Assembly: GCA_934502885.1 (NCBI GenBank)
Contig: CAKSUT010000001.1
Coordinates: 143,814 to 207,813, forward strand
From: an uncultured Eubacteriales bacterium
Lineage (GTDB): Bacteria; Bacillota; Clostridia; Oscillospirales; CAG-382
Direction: 5' to 3'
DNA: 64,000 nucleotides
Below are positions 45,029-54,984 of this stretch, one piece after another. The notes under the pieces were generated by a model. That model had not been told where the DNA came from. It did not search any database and was given only the letters and a program-made list of their open reading frames with translations. A program made the position numbers and the translations under genes. How positions within the stretch are numbered: the first letter of the stretch is position 1; the number at the start of each line of letters is the position of its first letter.

Positions 45029-46468
45029 ATGGGCATAAACAAATCTCATATACACAAATTCGTCGGCGACAAGCGTTTCCTTAAAGTCGCTCTTTCGCTC
45101 AGCATACCGATTGCCTTGCAGAACCTGCTCACAAGCTCGTTTTCGCTTGTCGATACGCTTATGGTCGGACAGCTCGGAGACATTCAGCTTTCCGCGGTCG
45201 GCATGGCGGCGCAGTGGAACTGGCTTCTCAACATGATAATGTTCGGCATATGCTCCGGAACCGCCGTTTTTTCGTCGCAGTACTGGGGTGCCGGCAACAT
45301 TAAGGGCATACGAAAAACCCTCGGAATATCACTTACCTTCGGTCTGCTCGCGGCGTTTGTTTTTGCCGGCATAGGCTTTACCGCTCCCGAAACGGTAATC
45401 CGCATCTTCAACCGAGACGAAGCAGTCGTCCGCGAAGGCGTGGCATATCTCAGCATTGCCGTTTTTTCATATCCGGCGGTTGTCATAAGCAACATACTCT
45501 CCGCTACGCTCCGTTCAACCGAACGCGTTAAAATACCGATGTACGTATCCGGTTTCACCGCAATTCTCAATGCTGTTGTTAACTACGGTCTCATTTTCGG
45601 GGAATTCGGAATGCCCGAAATGGGAATTGCCGGTGCGGCTGTCGCGACGGTTATATCCTCGTGGGCAAGCCCGGTGCTTCTGATACTGTTCTCGGTAATC
45701 GAGAAGAACATTCTCTGCTGTAAACCGACCGAATTTTTCAGTTTCGGAATGCCCGAAATACGGCTCTTTTTCTCCAAGGCGGCTCCCGTCATCTGCAACG
45801 AGAGCATCTGGGGCGCCGGAACTTTCGTATTCAACATAATCTTTGCGAACATCGGTCATGAATACTATGCGGCGGTCGTAATACTCAAAACCTTTGAGAA
45901 TATCGCCTACGCTTTCTTTATCGGACTTTGCAGCGCCTGCTGTGTAATGCTCGGAAAGTCGATAGGTTCGGGCGAAATCAAGGAAGCGATAAGAGATTCA
46001 CGCCGTTTTGCATTTCTCGTACCGGCAATCGGAATCATCGTCGGCGCGCTCGTCATCACCTTCAGATCGTATCTTGTGGGGCTTTTCAACCTCAAGGGAA
46101 ACATGGGCGACATCACGATGAACACTGCAATGTGGATATCGCTCATTTACGGCTTCGAGATGTGGATACGAAACATTCCGTACATCATGATAGTCGGCAT
46201 TTTCCGCTCCGGCGGAGACACGACGATGGGCATGGTTTTCGACACCGCATTTCAGTGGCTTATCGCAATCCCGGCAACTCTCGTTGCGGCGTTTGTCTTT
46301 AAGCTTCCGTTCCCTCTCGTCTACTGGATAATGTATATTTCCGAGGACATTCCGAAGAGTATCAGCTGTATTGTCTACTACCTCACCGACAAATGGATAA
46401 AGCCGGTTACAGACGCCGGAAAAGAAGGAATCGCAAAGTACCGCGAGGAAAAGATGTTGAAAAGCTGA
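45029..46468 (+). CDS. MATE-family efflux transporter
   Basis: ..ALSLSIPIALQNLLTSSFSLVDTLMVGQLGDIQLSAVGMA.. About 12 transmembrane segments. The start was moved to ATG 45029 (AAGGAG upstream). Confidence 0.88.
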   Translation: MGINKSHIHKFVGDKRFLKVALSLSIPIALQNLLTSSFSLVDTLMVGQLGDIQLSAVGMAAQWNWLLNMIMFGICSGTAVFSSQYWGAGNIKGIRKTLGISLTFGLLAAFVFAGIGFTAPETVIRIFNRDEAVVREGVAYLSIAVFSYPAVVISNILSATLRSTERVKIPMYVSGFTAILNAVVNYGLIFGEFGMPEMGIAGAAVATVISSWASPVLLILFSVIEKNILCCKPTEFFSFGMPEIRLFFSKAAPVICNESIWGAGTFVFNIIFANIGHEYYAAVVILKTFENIAYAFFIGLCSACCVMLGKSIGSGEIKEAIRDSRRFAFLVPAIGIIVGALVITFRSYLVGLFNLKGNMGDITMNTAMWISLIYGFEMWIRNIPYIMIVGIFRSGGDTTMGMVFDTAFQWLIAIPATLVAAFVFKLPFPLVYWIMYISEDIPKSISCIVYYLTDKWIKPVTDAGKEGIAKYREEKMLKS

Positions 46469-46489
46469 ACTTTCGCAAGTGAAGATAGG

Positions 46490-46529
46490 ACTCCGTCCGA
46501 TACGCTACCGTGTCGGACGGAGTTTTTTG
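46490..46529 (+). terminator. rho-independent terminator of the MATE gene
   Basis: actccgtccga / tcggacggagt (46490-46500 / 46513-46523) followed by T6. Confidence 0.85.
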
Positions 46530-46851
46530 TCCAAAATTGTATTTTTTGTGTTGCAATCTGATGAAGTATTGTTTACACAAATACAATACAAAAAGTACAA
46601 AGTCGCGCATCTTAGGATTTATACGCGCTTTCGCCGTCATTTGTACCGAATTTCCGATACGATTTACATGGTGTTAACTGCTTTTCTTTTTTTGTTAACA
46701 TAAAGATGATAGTATATAACTATGCATTCAAACTGCGTCAATATGTGCAGAGGTGACGGACTTTGCAATACGGCGCGGAATGAGTGGCGGTGCGAAAGTG
46801 CCGGAATGTATATTATCATCACCAAAATTAACAAAAAAAGGAGAAAAGGCA

Positions 46852-49800
46852 ATGAAAACATTCAGAAAAATGCTTGCGATACTGTTGTGTTTTGCAATGG
46901 CGGTAAGCGTTATGAGCTTCATCTCCCCCGTCGAAGCTGAGGAAAAGTCGGCATTCAGCGATGTAAAGGGCAGTGAGTACTACGCTGAGAGCGCAGGTAC
47001 TCTTGCAAAGCTCGGCATACTCACAGGCTACAAGGACGGCACGTTCGGTGCGGAAAAGTCCATAACGAGAGCCGAAATGGCGGCCGTTATCTGCCGTATG
47101 ATCGACAAGGAGAGCGAAACGGAAAAAGCGGCAGGCGCAACGGATTTCGACGACGTTGCAAAAACGCACTGGGCGAGCGGTTACATAAACACGGCGTCCG
47201 CCGAGGGCATAATAAACGGTGACGGCAACGGAAAGTTCCGTCCCGAGGACGAAGTGAAATACGAAGAGGCGGTAAAGATGGTAGTCTGCGCACTCGGTCT
47301 CGGTGACGAGGTTGAGGCTGACGCAAAGGACTGGTCGAAGGGCTATCTTGCCGTTGCCGAAGAAAAGAGCATTACCGATTCACTCAAGGGTAAAAAAGGC
47401 GAAGCGGCGACACGTGCAGACATATCCGTCATGGTTTGCAACGCTCTTATTTCCGAAATGAAGGCTCCCGAGGTATCGGTCGAGCCGGGCGAATACAAGA
47501 CGATACAGACCGTCAAGCTCACCACAGAAACCGCCGGTGCTGTGATTTACTACACGGTAGACGGCACAGATCCCCTTGAGGACGGCAAGAAGTACGACGA
47601 CCCGATAAAGGTTCTCGAAACGCTCACGATAAAGGCGGTTGCGGTAAAGGGCGGAGTTCTTGCGAGCGACGTGACCGACGCAAAGTACACCATTGTCAAG
47701 GAAGCTCACACCGGCTCGGGTTCGTCGGGGACGAAGAAGTATACCTTAAATTTTGAAAGTACTGAAAACGGCACTCTTAATTCTGACGTTGGCGGCAAAT
47801 ACAAAAAAGGTGCTAAGATAACTCTCACTGCAACTCCGAATGAAAGGTATGCTTTTGTAAAGTGGGTATCTGATAACGGTGGAGTTTTTGAAGATGAAAA
47901 GAGTACATCAACTACTTTCACCATGCCTTCACACAACACAACAATATCCGCTTTATTCGTTGAAAAAGCAAGCACAACACTCCCGAAAGATATCGCAGAG
48001 CTTTTGGATATAGATCCTGACGATACCGATACCGATGGTGACGGCCTCAACAACTATGTTGAAGTATTTGTTCTTGGAATCGATCCGAAGCTGAAAGACA
48101 CTGATAATAACGGAGTATCTGATGCCGACGAAGATGCCGATGGCGACAGGCTCACAAACATAGAGGAAGTAACTCTTGGAACAGACCCCACAAAAGCCGA
48201 CACAGATGATGACGGACTCTCCGATTATGATGAAATCAATGTATACAATACCGATCCTTGCAATGCAGACACAGACGGTGATGGATTGAATGACGGGGAT
48301 GAGGTATTGCTCGGTTTAGATCCCAACAAAAAGAAAACCGATGGAAAAACTCTCGACTCTAAGCGTAAAATCGAACAAATAATAAACAGCGATAACATAG
48401 ATGAAAATCTTATGTCAGACGAAAATTCTGCGATACCGAGCTTGACGGTTTTAACTGAAGGAAATGCAAACGAGACAGTACGAGTTCAGGCAAACGAAAC
48501 GGAAAACTTCGGTGACAGCCGTTCTCTTGTCGGAGAAGCAATTGATATTTCGGGTTTAAACGGTGCAGAAGGTGAATTGTCATTTGATTTGGCAAAAGAA
48601 AATGAATTATTGTCGCTCAAAGATACCGATGAAAAATACAACACCAAGATTATATGCAAATATACGGATGATTCTACCAAGTTCATTGATACGATATACG
48701 ACGAGGAAAATAACACTCTGAATGCCAAGATAAGCGGCGATGGTATGTACTTTGTTTTGGACGTAAAGGTACTGTTTGATGAATTGGGCTTAGAAATGCC
48801 TGAAGTATCAAATGTCGGCCTTTTGCCTGCCGAAGAATCTGAAGATGTTGCTTCCGAATCGGAGAAGATTGCATTCTCTCTAATGGAAGAGGGAGCTGTG
48901 GACAACGCTCAGAACAGCAATAACAGTAATGTCAATAATAATGAAAGCGTACAATTGATGGAAGACGATTTCATTGCATTTGACGACACAGATGTCGAAA
49001 TTGCATCCGACGACAAAAAACACATAATCAGCACAAAAGGTATCGGTGCAATGGCACAGGCAGATATCGTATTTGTTATTGACACAACCGGTTCTATGGG
49101 TGATGAAATTAATAATGTAAAAAATAATATTAACGCTTTTGTTGATGTTCTAAAATCAAAAGGAGTATCTGCGGGTTTAGCCTTAATTGACTATCAAGAC
49201 ATAACACATGATGGTTACGATTCTACACGAGTCCATAAAAACGGCACATCCAACTGGTTTTATGATATAGATGCATACAAAGAAAAAATTGCTGCGCTGT
49301 ATGCTGATGATGGTGGAGATTTGCCCGAATGCGCTGTAGATGCGTTAGAGACAGCCAGACTACTTGACATGAGAGCGTCTGCCGGAAAAGTTTTTGTATT
49401 GGTAACAGATGCGAGTTACAAAGTTGACAACAGATACGGTATTCCTTCTATGGATGCTGAGATACAGCTTTTAAACAATATTGGCATAAAGTGTTTCGTT
49501 GTTTCAACCACAAGCTATAAGAACACATACAAAGAACTTTACACAAAAACCGGCGGCGACTTTGCAGATATAAACGGAAATTTTGCGGAATTGCTTATAA
49601 AATTTGCCGACAAAATAGGAGAAGATATAGTCGGAGACGGTTATCTGATTTACCTTCAGGGCCCGATTCCCGTTGCGGTAATGCTTGATGAAAAGCCTTC
49701 AAAAGACAGTTTGGCAGATACCGATGGTGATGGAGTGCTTGACAGAGACGAGCTTGATATCGAAAACCCGGGAAAAATTGATTTGGACGAACTTCTCACT

Positions 49801-51267
49801 AAAGTAAGCCGCGGAATTATTACCGACACAAGATACGGAATAGTAGAAACATACAGATATAAGAGCGACCCTACAAAAACCGATACGGATTTCGACGGCA
49901 TACCGGATGATAAAGACATACTCCCGAGAGACAATGTTTTCTGCGGAACAATGAACAATGAGAAATACGGTATCAATGAAGCAAGGTATACTTTTGATTA
50001 TCGTTATTTCTTAAGAGACAGCAAGGATTATAACTACAGACTTTCAACAGATTCCTTGATTTTTGCAAACATGATATATTCCGGCGGCTCATTTGATTAC
50101 AGTAAGGGCATTAAGGGTAAGATTTCCGACGCAAAACTTTTAATGGAAACGCATGGGTTCAAGGACGTCGTGGATTATAATCTCGCCGTTGACTATAATG
50201 ACGACGACATTTCCGAAATTTGCATTGGATATCACGACGTCGAATTCAATGAGAAATCTGCACGGGTATTCGGGGTAATAATCCGAGGAACAAACGGAAC
50301 CATTGAAGAATGGAGCAGTAATTTTGATATTGGAAATCGAGAAGAATGGAAGTCCGATAATCATAAAGGCTTCAGTGTTACAGCGGAGAGAATAAAGAAA
50401 TATGTTGATGCATACGCTGAGAAACGCTCTTCGGGAAACAACGCATTTTGGATTACGGGTCATTCAAGAGGTGCCGGAATCGCAAATCTCCTTGCAAGCA
50501 TGTTGATCAATGAAGACAAGACTGTTTTCGCATACACCTTTGCTTCTCCGGCAACCACAATTGATAAAACTGCAACATCCGAAAAATACGACTCTATCAA
50601 GAATATTGTAAACATAGATGACGTTGTTACCTATGTTCCGCTGAGCCAGTGGAATTTCTACAGATACGGCGTTACAAAGCCCATGATTATGGACAGCTAT
50701 CTGAAGAGAATGTGGAGCATACAAACAAGCAGTTTGACAGAGCTTCCGAGATATAATGCTCTTAACAGCGTACAAATTACTCAGTTTACAAATAATATAA
50801 ACAATTTGTGCTGCAATAAATGGGATGACGTTTACAAAAGAGTCGGAAAGCAAGAGATAAGCGAAAAACAAAAAAATGCTATTCCGGAACGTGCCCTTGC
50901 ATACTGTGATATTGTAGACAACAAAGTCCTCGGAATAATCAAAAACGGATATGATTTGCATCCGAGTTTAGCCTTCATTTTCCAGCTTGGTGCCGAAGCG
51001 TTCGGCGGTTACAAAACAGTTTGTGACGGTAGTGTTATCAGATTTGATAAACGTACAAATGAGGAAAAAGGCGATATTGTTTCATTGGCGAAAGAAATGT
51101 GGAACAGCAGATATTCTGCAGCACTATCTTTGTTCTTGCTTAAAAACAAAGAGGATGCCGTTGTAAAACTAATAAAATTAACGACAGGCGAAATGGATGC
51201 AATGGATATGTTTGGAGATGCGCATTCAACTGCAACATATTATATAATTAACGAAGCATTAAGATAA
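46852..51267 (+). CDS. S-layer-homology-anchored multidomain protein: 3x SLH, Fn3/CHB_HEX_C-like, InlB-B-like repeat, TSP3-type Ca-binding repeats, VWA, and class-3 lipase-like alpha/beta hydrolase
   Basis: Signal peptide MKTFRKMLAILLCFAMAVSVMSFISPVEA (AAGGAG upstream). SLH motifs are FSDVKGSEYY..ITRAEMAAVICRMI, FDDVAKTHWASGYI.. and DWSKGYLAVA... D-x-D-x-D-G-D repeats lie at ~48013-48340 and ~49720-49920. VWA MIDAS DIVFVIDTTGSMGDE is at ~49060. The lipase motif ITGHSRGAG has its Ser codon at 50464-50466. Confidence 0.85.
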   Translation: MKTFRKMLAILLCFAMAVSVMSFISPVEAEEKSAFSDVKGSEYYAESAGTLAKLGILTGYKDGTFGAEKSITRAEMAAVICRMIDKESETEKAAGATDFDDVAKTHWASGYINTASAEGIINGDGNGKFRPEDEVKYEEAVKMVVCALGLGDEVEADAKDWSKGYLAVAEEKSITDSLKGKKGEAATRADISVMVCNALISEMKAPEVSVEPGEYKTIQTVKLTTETAGAVIYYTVDGTDPLEDGKKYDDPIKVLETLTIKAVAVKGGVLASDVTDAKYTIVKEAHTGSGSSGTKKYTLNFESTENGTLNSDVGGKYKKGAKITLTATPNERYAFVKWVSDNGGVFEDEKSTSTTFTMPSHNTTISALFVEKASTTLPKDIAELLDIDPDDTDTDGDGLNNYVEVFVLGIDPKLKDTDNNGVSDADEDADGDRLTNIEEVTLGTDPTKADTDDDGLSDYDEINVYNTDPCNADTDGDGLNDGDEVLLGLDPNKKKTDGKTLDSKRKIEQIINSDNIDENLMSDENSAIPSLTVLTEGNANETVRVQANETENFGDSRSLVGEAIDISGLNGAEGELSFDLAKENELLSLKDTDEKYNTKIICKYTDDSTKFIDTIYDEENNTLNAKISGDGMYFVLDVKVLFDELGLEMPEVSNVGLLPAEESEDVASESEKIAFSLMEEGAVDNAQNSNNSNVNNNESVQLMEDDFIAFDDTDVEIASDDKKHIISTKGIGAMAQADIVFVIDTTGSMGDEINNVKNNINAFVDVLKSKGVSAGLALIDYQDITHDGYDSTRVHKNGTSNWFYDIDAYKEKIAALYADDGGDLPECAVDALETARLLDMRASAGKVFVLVTDASYKVDNRYGIPSMDAEIQLLNNIGIKCFVVSTTSYKNTYKELYTKTGGDFADINGNFAELLIKFADKIGEDIVGDGYLIYLQGPIPVAVMLDEKPSKDSLADTDGDGVLDRDELDIENPGKIDLDELLTKVSRGIITDTRYGIVETYRYKSDPTKTDTDFDGIPDDKDILPRDNVFCGTMNNEKYGINEARYTFDYRYFLRDSKDYNYRLSTDSLIFANMIYSGGSFDYSKGIKGKISDAKLLMETHGFKDVVDYNLAVDYNDDDISEICIGYHDVEFNEKSARVFGVIIRGTNGTIEEWSSNFDIGNREEWKSDNHKGFSVTAERIKKYVDAYAEKRSSGNNAFWITGHSRGAGIANLLASMLINEDKTVFAYTFASPATTIDKTATSEKYDSIKNIVNIDDVVTYVPLSQWNFYRYGVTKPMIMDSYLKRMWSIQTSSLTELPRYNALNSVQITQFTNNINNLCCNKWDDVYKRVGKQEISEKQKNAIPERALAYCDIVDNKVLGIIKNGYDLHPSLAFIFQLGAEAFGGYKTVCDGSVIRFDKRTNEEKGDIVSLAKEMWNSRYSAALSLFLLKNKEDAVVKLIKLTTGEMDAMDMFGDAHSTATYYIINEALR

Positions 51268-51279
51268 AAAGCAACACAC

Positions 51280-51306
51280 AAAAGGACGCCCATAGGCGTC
51301 CTTTTG
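51280..51306. terminator. bidirectional terminator between convergent genes
   Basis: aaaaggacgcc-cata-ggcgtcctttt. Confidence 0.85.
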
Positions 51307-51343
51307 CGTTACATATTGCGCACTAAGCTTTGTCGGCGAATTC

Positions 51344-53281
51344 TCACTTCAGCTCATCCGGCAGAGGGTACTTATGCGGAAGTCCGAGGTAGGCGATGCC
51401 TTTCTTGAACTTGTCGAGCTTGTCGGGGCTTTCACAGCGGTACGGGTGGAAGTGAAGCCAGCCGAGATCCTTGAAGTGATATGCTTCTTCGTCGCCGATG
51501 CCGCCGTCAAACGGCTGATACATTTCTATTCCCTCGTCAAGCTTCTCCTTGAGCTCATAAAGGTGTGCGGTGTAGACTTCACGGGGCGTACAGCCGTGTC
51601 TCTTGCACACGCCTGCGGCAATTCCGACCACCTCGCCAAGCTCGCCAAGGGTACGCATTACACGGATTGCCGAGAATGCAACGTGAGTTGTGCTGACTAT
51701 TCTGCCGCCGAGAAAGAGGTTCGGCACGTCCTTTGAGTAAAGACAGCGGTACGGAACGGGATATGGCGTGACAATGCCTCTGTGGTATGCGAACGAACGG
51801 AACGCCTCACCGAACTTCGCTTCATTCGTCGGTTCGGGAAAGTGCATATCGATGCTCCAGGTTATGCACGCCGTGCCGTCGTCGTGGGGTATGTGTTCCT
51901 CAAGATCCTGCTGACGAAGCACAATGTCTCCCTTTACACGGCAGCTCTCACGCTTGCCGCCGAACGGAGATACCCATTTGAGAGCAAGGTTTTTGTACTT
52001 CTCCCTATTCTGTGAGGTATTCTTCTGAAACGACCAGTTTGAATATATCGCACGCAAGCCGTAATCCCTTATGTACTCCGACTCGTTCACCATGTCGCGG
52101 CGGAAACCGGTCTCCTGCTCCCAGTCGCCCGAGGTGCAGTTGAGACACGACTCTTCGTCAATTCCGAGTCCCCAGTCGATGTCAGGAAAAGCGCTCTTTT
52201 CGCCGACGTCTTCGGAATACCAGCGTATAGAGTGCCCCATTACAATCCTCTGCGGCTCTTTTGGAGCAAGGCTTTCTCCGTATTCGCTCTCCGCCTCACG
52301 ACCGTACATCGTCTCAGCTCCGGCAAGCCTTGCGACCGTTGCGTCTCCGGAACAGTCGGAAAACATTGCCGCACGGTATTCGGTCTTTTCGCCCGTGCGT
52401 ATATTTGTCGTGATAACCGACGCAACACTTCCGTCCGACATAGTTATATCCGTTACCCTCTCACCGAGAGCGAGGTGGCGGTAGCTTGCGCACTCAAAGA
52501 AAAGATTCTTCTTGCGTCCGTCCTCGTAAAAGCTTGCGTCGTAGGTGTGGGGATAGCCCGATATCGAACCGACCGCACCGACCACGTTTCCGATGTTTTT
52601 GTACGGAGGAAGATTTATCATGCCGCCCATGCACACACGAATTTCGGAGCTGTTACAGCCGCCTAAAACCTCACGGTCGTTTATGAGAAGAGTCTTTACG
52701 CCGCTTCTTATCGCCGCATAAGCCGTGCATATTCCCGCTATGCCGCCCCCGACAACGATAAGGTCGTATTCCTCGCCGCACCGTTTTACCTCTTTCCAAC
52801 CGAGTCTCTTGCGGAGTGTTTCGGTCTCTGCTTTGTTTTGCGGTGACGGCGTTCTCTTTGGTGCTATGTACACTGCGTCGCATCTGCCGTTAAAGCCTGT
52901 GAGGTCACGAAGAGCAAGCGAATGTGTGCCTTTACAAAGCCTGAGATCTCCTGCCTTCTGCCACGCCCATTCTGCTCCGTTCGTGCCGAGTACGGCGTCA
53001 AGCTCTGTCCCGTCGACAACCGCTTTAAACTTTCCGGCGGAGTCCTTTACGCCCCACACGGCAGTCCAGTCATGTGTGAGAATATACACCGAGTATCCGC
53101 CGTCCTCCGCTGTAAACTCCGTCTCGGCGTCTTTTACGGGAATACCCATTCCGTGCGCCATGATATACGCCGAACCGATATTTTCCATGGATTGGCTGTC
53201 GATTACCCATCCGCCGAGGTTTTTAAAGCTCTCAGCTTCAATGAATATTTCACCGTTTGAGATACTTGTACAGTTACTCAT
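51344..53281 (-). CDS. FAD-dependent oxidoreductase (FAD_oxidored/PF12831-like) with an N-terminal CBM-like domain
   Basis: Dinucleotide-binding motif YDLIVVGGGIAGICTAYAA. The N-terminal ~170 aa begin IFIEAESFKNLGGWVIDSQ... The start was moved to ATG 53281 (AAAGGAAA upstream), 1 nt after the AraC stop codon. Confidence 0.7.
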   Translation of the reverse strand: MSNCTSISNGEIFIEAESFKNLGGWVIDSQSMENIGSAYIMAHGMGIPVKDAETEFTAEDGGYSVYILTHDWTAVWGVKDSAGKFKAVVDGTELDAVLGTNGAEWAWQKAGDLRLCKGTHSLALRDLTGFNGRCDAVYIAPKRTPSPQNKAETETLRKRLGWKEVKRCGEEYDLIVVGGGIAGICTAYAAIRSGVKTLLINDREVLGGCNSSEIRVCMGGMINLPPYKNIGNVVGAVGSISGYPHTYDASFYEDGRKKNLFFECASYRHLALGERVTDITMSDGSVASVITTNIRTGEKTEYRAAMFSDCSGDATVARLAGAETMYGREAESEYGESLAPKEPQRIVMGHSIRWYSEDVGEKSAFPDIDWGLGIDEESCLNCTSGDWEQETGFRRDMVNESEYIRDYGLRAIYSNWSFQKNTSQNREKYKNLALKWVSPFGGKRESCRVKGDIVLRQQDLEEHIPHDDGTACITWSIDMHFPEPTNEAKFGEAFRSFAYHRGIVTPYPVPYRCLYSKDVPNLFLGGRIVSTTHVAFSAIRVMRTLGELGEVVGIAAGVCKRHGCTPREVYTAHLYELKEKLDEGIEMYQPFDGGIGDEEAYHFKDLGWLHFHPYRCESPDKLDKFKKGIAYLGLPHKYPLPDELK

Positions 53282-53282
53282 T

Positions 53283-54098
53283 TCAGTTTCCTTTCTTAAT
53301 GGGAATATGTATCTCCCATTCAAATCCGTCCTCGCTCATATCAGACGGAAAAACTTCAATATTCGGCACATCGGTGCGTTTTTCGTACGAAACCGACGGA
53401 AGCCAGTAGTCGTTTATGTTTCTGTAAAAACAATTGACGTATGAGTCGTCGGTGGAATTGAGACGGAATATTGCCCATGTGCTTTTCGGGATAACAACCG
53501 TGTCGCCAACCGTGCATTCGGGTGAGCCTATGTGACAGCGCACATAACCGTCGCCGTTTTCGTACACGGCATAGAGTCTTTCGCTTTGCGATACGGCATT
53601 CTCGGCAATATCCGAGGCGTAGAAGCCGTCCCACACGCCCTCACAGCACTCCGTGTCGTCGATTTCCGACACCGCCGAATAACCCGTAACCTCAAACTGC
53701 GGCTTTTCGGATATCGTAACGGTAAGGTCGAAGCCTCCGCCGACGGTTATCTCCGTATTCAGTCTCGTGAGCGTCTTGAAGCTTGCGGCTCCGTTTACCG
53801 CCTCCGTCGGCGATATGCCGTGAAACTCACGAAACGCTCTTGAAAATGAGGACGGTGAGTCGTAACCGTACTTTACGGCAAGCTCGGTAATACTTCTTTT
53901 TCCGTCACGAAGCTCCTCGGCGGCAATTGAGAGCCTGCGCTTCCTTATGTACTCGCCTATCGGTATCTTCGCAAGGAACGAGAAAATGCGCCGAAGCTCA
54001 TAATTTGAAAGATTTGCCTTTCTCGCAAGCTCATCGATATCAATTTCACCGTCAAGTCCGTTCTCTATGTCGGCGATAATATCCTTGAAATCGTACAT
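53283..54098 (-). CDS. AraC-family regulator with a GyrI-like effector-binding domain
   Basis: The HTH region is ..ELARKANLSNYELRRIFSF.. and ..ELAVKYGYDSPSSFSRAFREFHGISPTE... The C-terminal ~150 aa are GyrI-like in size and pattern. Confidence 0.75.
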   Translation of the reverse strand: MYDFKDIIADIENGLDGEIDIDELARKANLSNYELRRIFSFLAKIPIGEYIRKRRLSIAAEELRDGKRSITELAVKYGYDSPSSFSRAFREFHGISPTEAVNGAASFKTLTRLNTEITVGGGFDLTVTISEKPQFEVTGYSAVSEIDDTECCEGVWDGFYASDIAENAVSQSERLYAVYENGDGYVRCHIGSPECTVGDTVVIPKSTWAIFRLNSTDDSYVNCFYRNINDYWLPSVSYEKRTDVPNIEVFPSDMSEDGFEWEIHIPIKKGN

Positions 54099-54107
54099 GG
54101 CGTCACC

Positions 54108-54812
54108 TTAAAGCGGCTGTACGTCCTGAGACGTACCCCACACTGTCATTTCCTCGACGACCACTCCGCTCGGCTGATTTGCGGCGTAAAATATCGCATT
54201 TGCAATGTCTTCTGCGGTAAGCGTCTGATTCTCTTCACCGATGCCGGCGCCTGACTGAAATCCCGTGCTTGCCGCCGCCGGAATTATACAAGTTGCCTTT
54301 GCGCCGTAAGGACGAAGCTCGACGTAGAGTCCCTTTGTGAAGTTGAGTACGCCGGCTTTTGCCGCGGCGTACACCGACCATCCGCCCCAACAATGGCGTG
54401 CGCAAACGGAGGAAATATTGATTATAGTGCCTTCGTGCTGTTCTTTCATAAGCGCACCGAAAAGCTTTGATCCGTACATAACGCTTGCAAGGTTGAGGGC
54501 AAGTGCCTTGTCTATGTCCTCGGGTGTCTGTTCTGAAACGTCCGCAATGCGCACACCGCCGCCGGCGTTGTTTACGAGAACGTCTATCTTGCCGAACTTT
54601 GCCGTGACATCATTATAAAAGCTTTCCCACTCGGCATAGCTTGTAACGTCAAGCTTATAACCGGCGTCAAAGCCGTTTTCCTCGGTGACTTTGCGCACCT
54701 TTTCGGCGTTTCTCGAGGCAATTATGACAGTGTCGCCGTTCTCCTTGAATTTCTTTGCCGCAGCAAGACCGTAGCCGCTTGTGGCACCTGTAATTACAAC
54801 TGTTTTACTCAT
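54108..54812 (-). CDS. SDR-family oxidoreductase
   Basis: TGATSGYG cofactor motif, NNAG, and catalytic YAAAK. Confidence 0.88.
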   Translation of the reverse strand: MSKTVVITGATSGYGLAAAKKFKENGDTVIIASRNAEKVRKVTEENGFDAGYKLDVTSYAEWESFYNDVTAKFGKIDVLVNNAGGGVRIADVSEQTPEDIDKALALNLASVMYGSKLFGALMKEQHEGTIINISSVCARHCWGGWSVYAAAKAGVLNFTKGLYVELRPYGAKATCIIPAAASTGFQSGAGIGEENQTLTAEDIANAIFYAANQPSGVVVEEMTVWGTSQDVQPL

Positions 54813-54923
54813 GATAAACCTCCGTATTTGTCTTTTAATATAGTCTCAAGGACAGTATACCACAATCGGTGAAAACTTTCATTACATTTCTTGTACTTTT
54901 GTGTTGCAAAGGCGAAAAACTTC

Positions 54924-54952
54924 TTGACATATTCCGCGTATTGCTTTATAAT
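54924..54952 (+). promoter_or_regulatory. consensus promoter of the pseudouridine synthase gene
   Basis: TTGACA (54924-54929), a 17-nt spacer, then TATAAT (54947-54952). Confidence 0.8.
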
Positions 54953-54984
54953 GTTGACATTACTACTAAAGACAGGCAGTGTAA

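Noticed and set aside
46530-46851. I looked for a c-di-GMP or other riboswitch in the long upstream region of the SLH protein gene.
   Set aside because: The region holds only short hairpins (for example a GAAA-capped 6-bp stem near 46785-46805) and AT-rich partial inverted repeats. I saw nothing matching GEMM-I/II cores from memory, so it remains unassigned.
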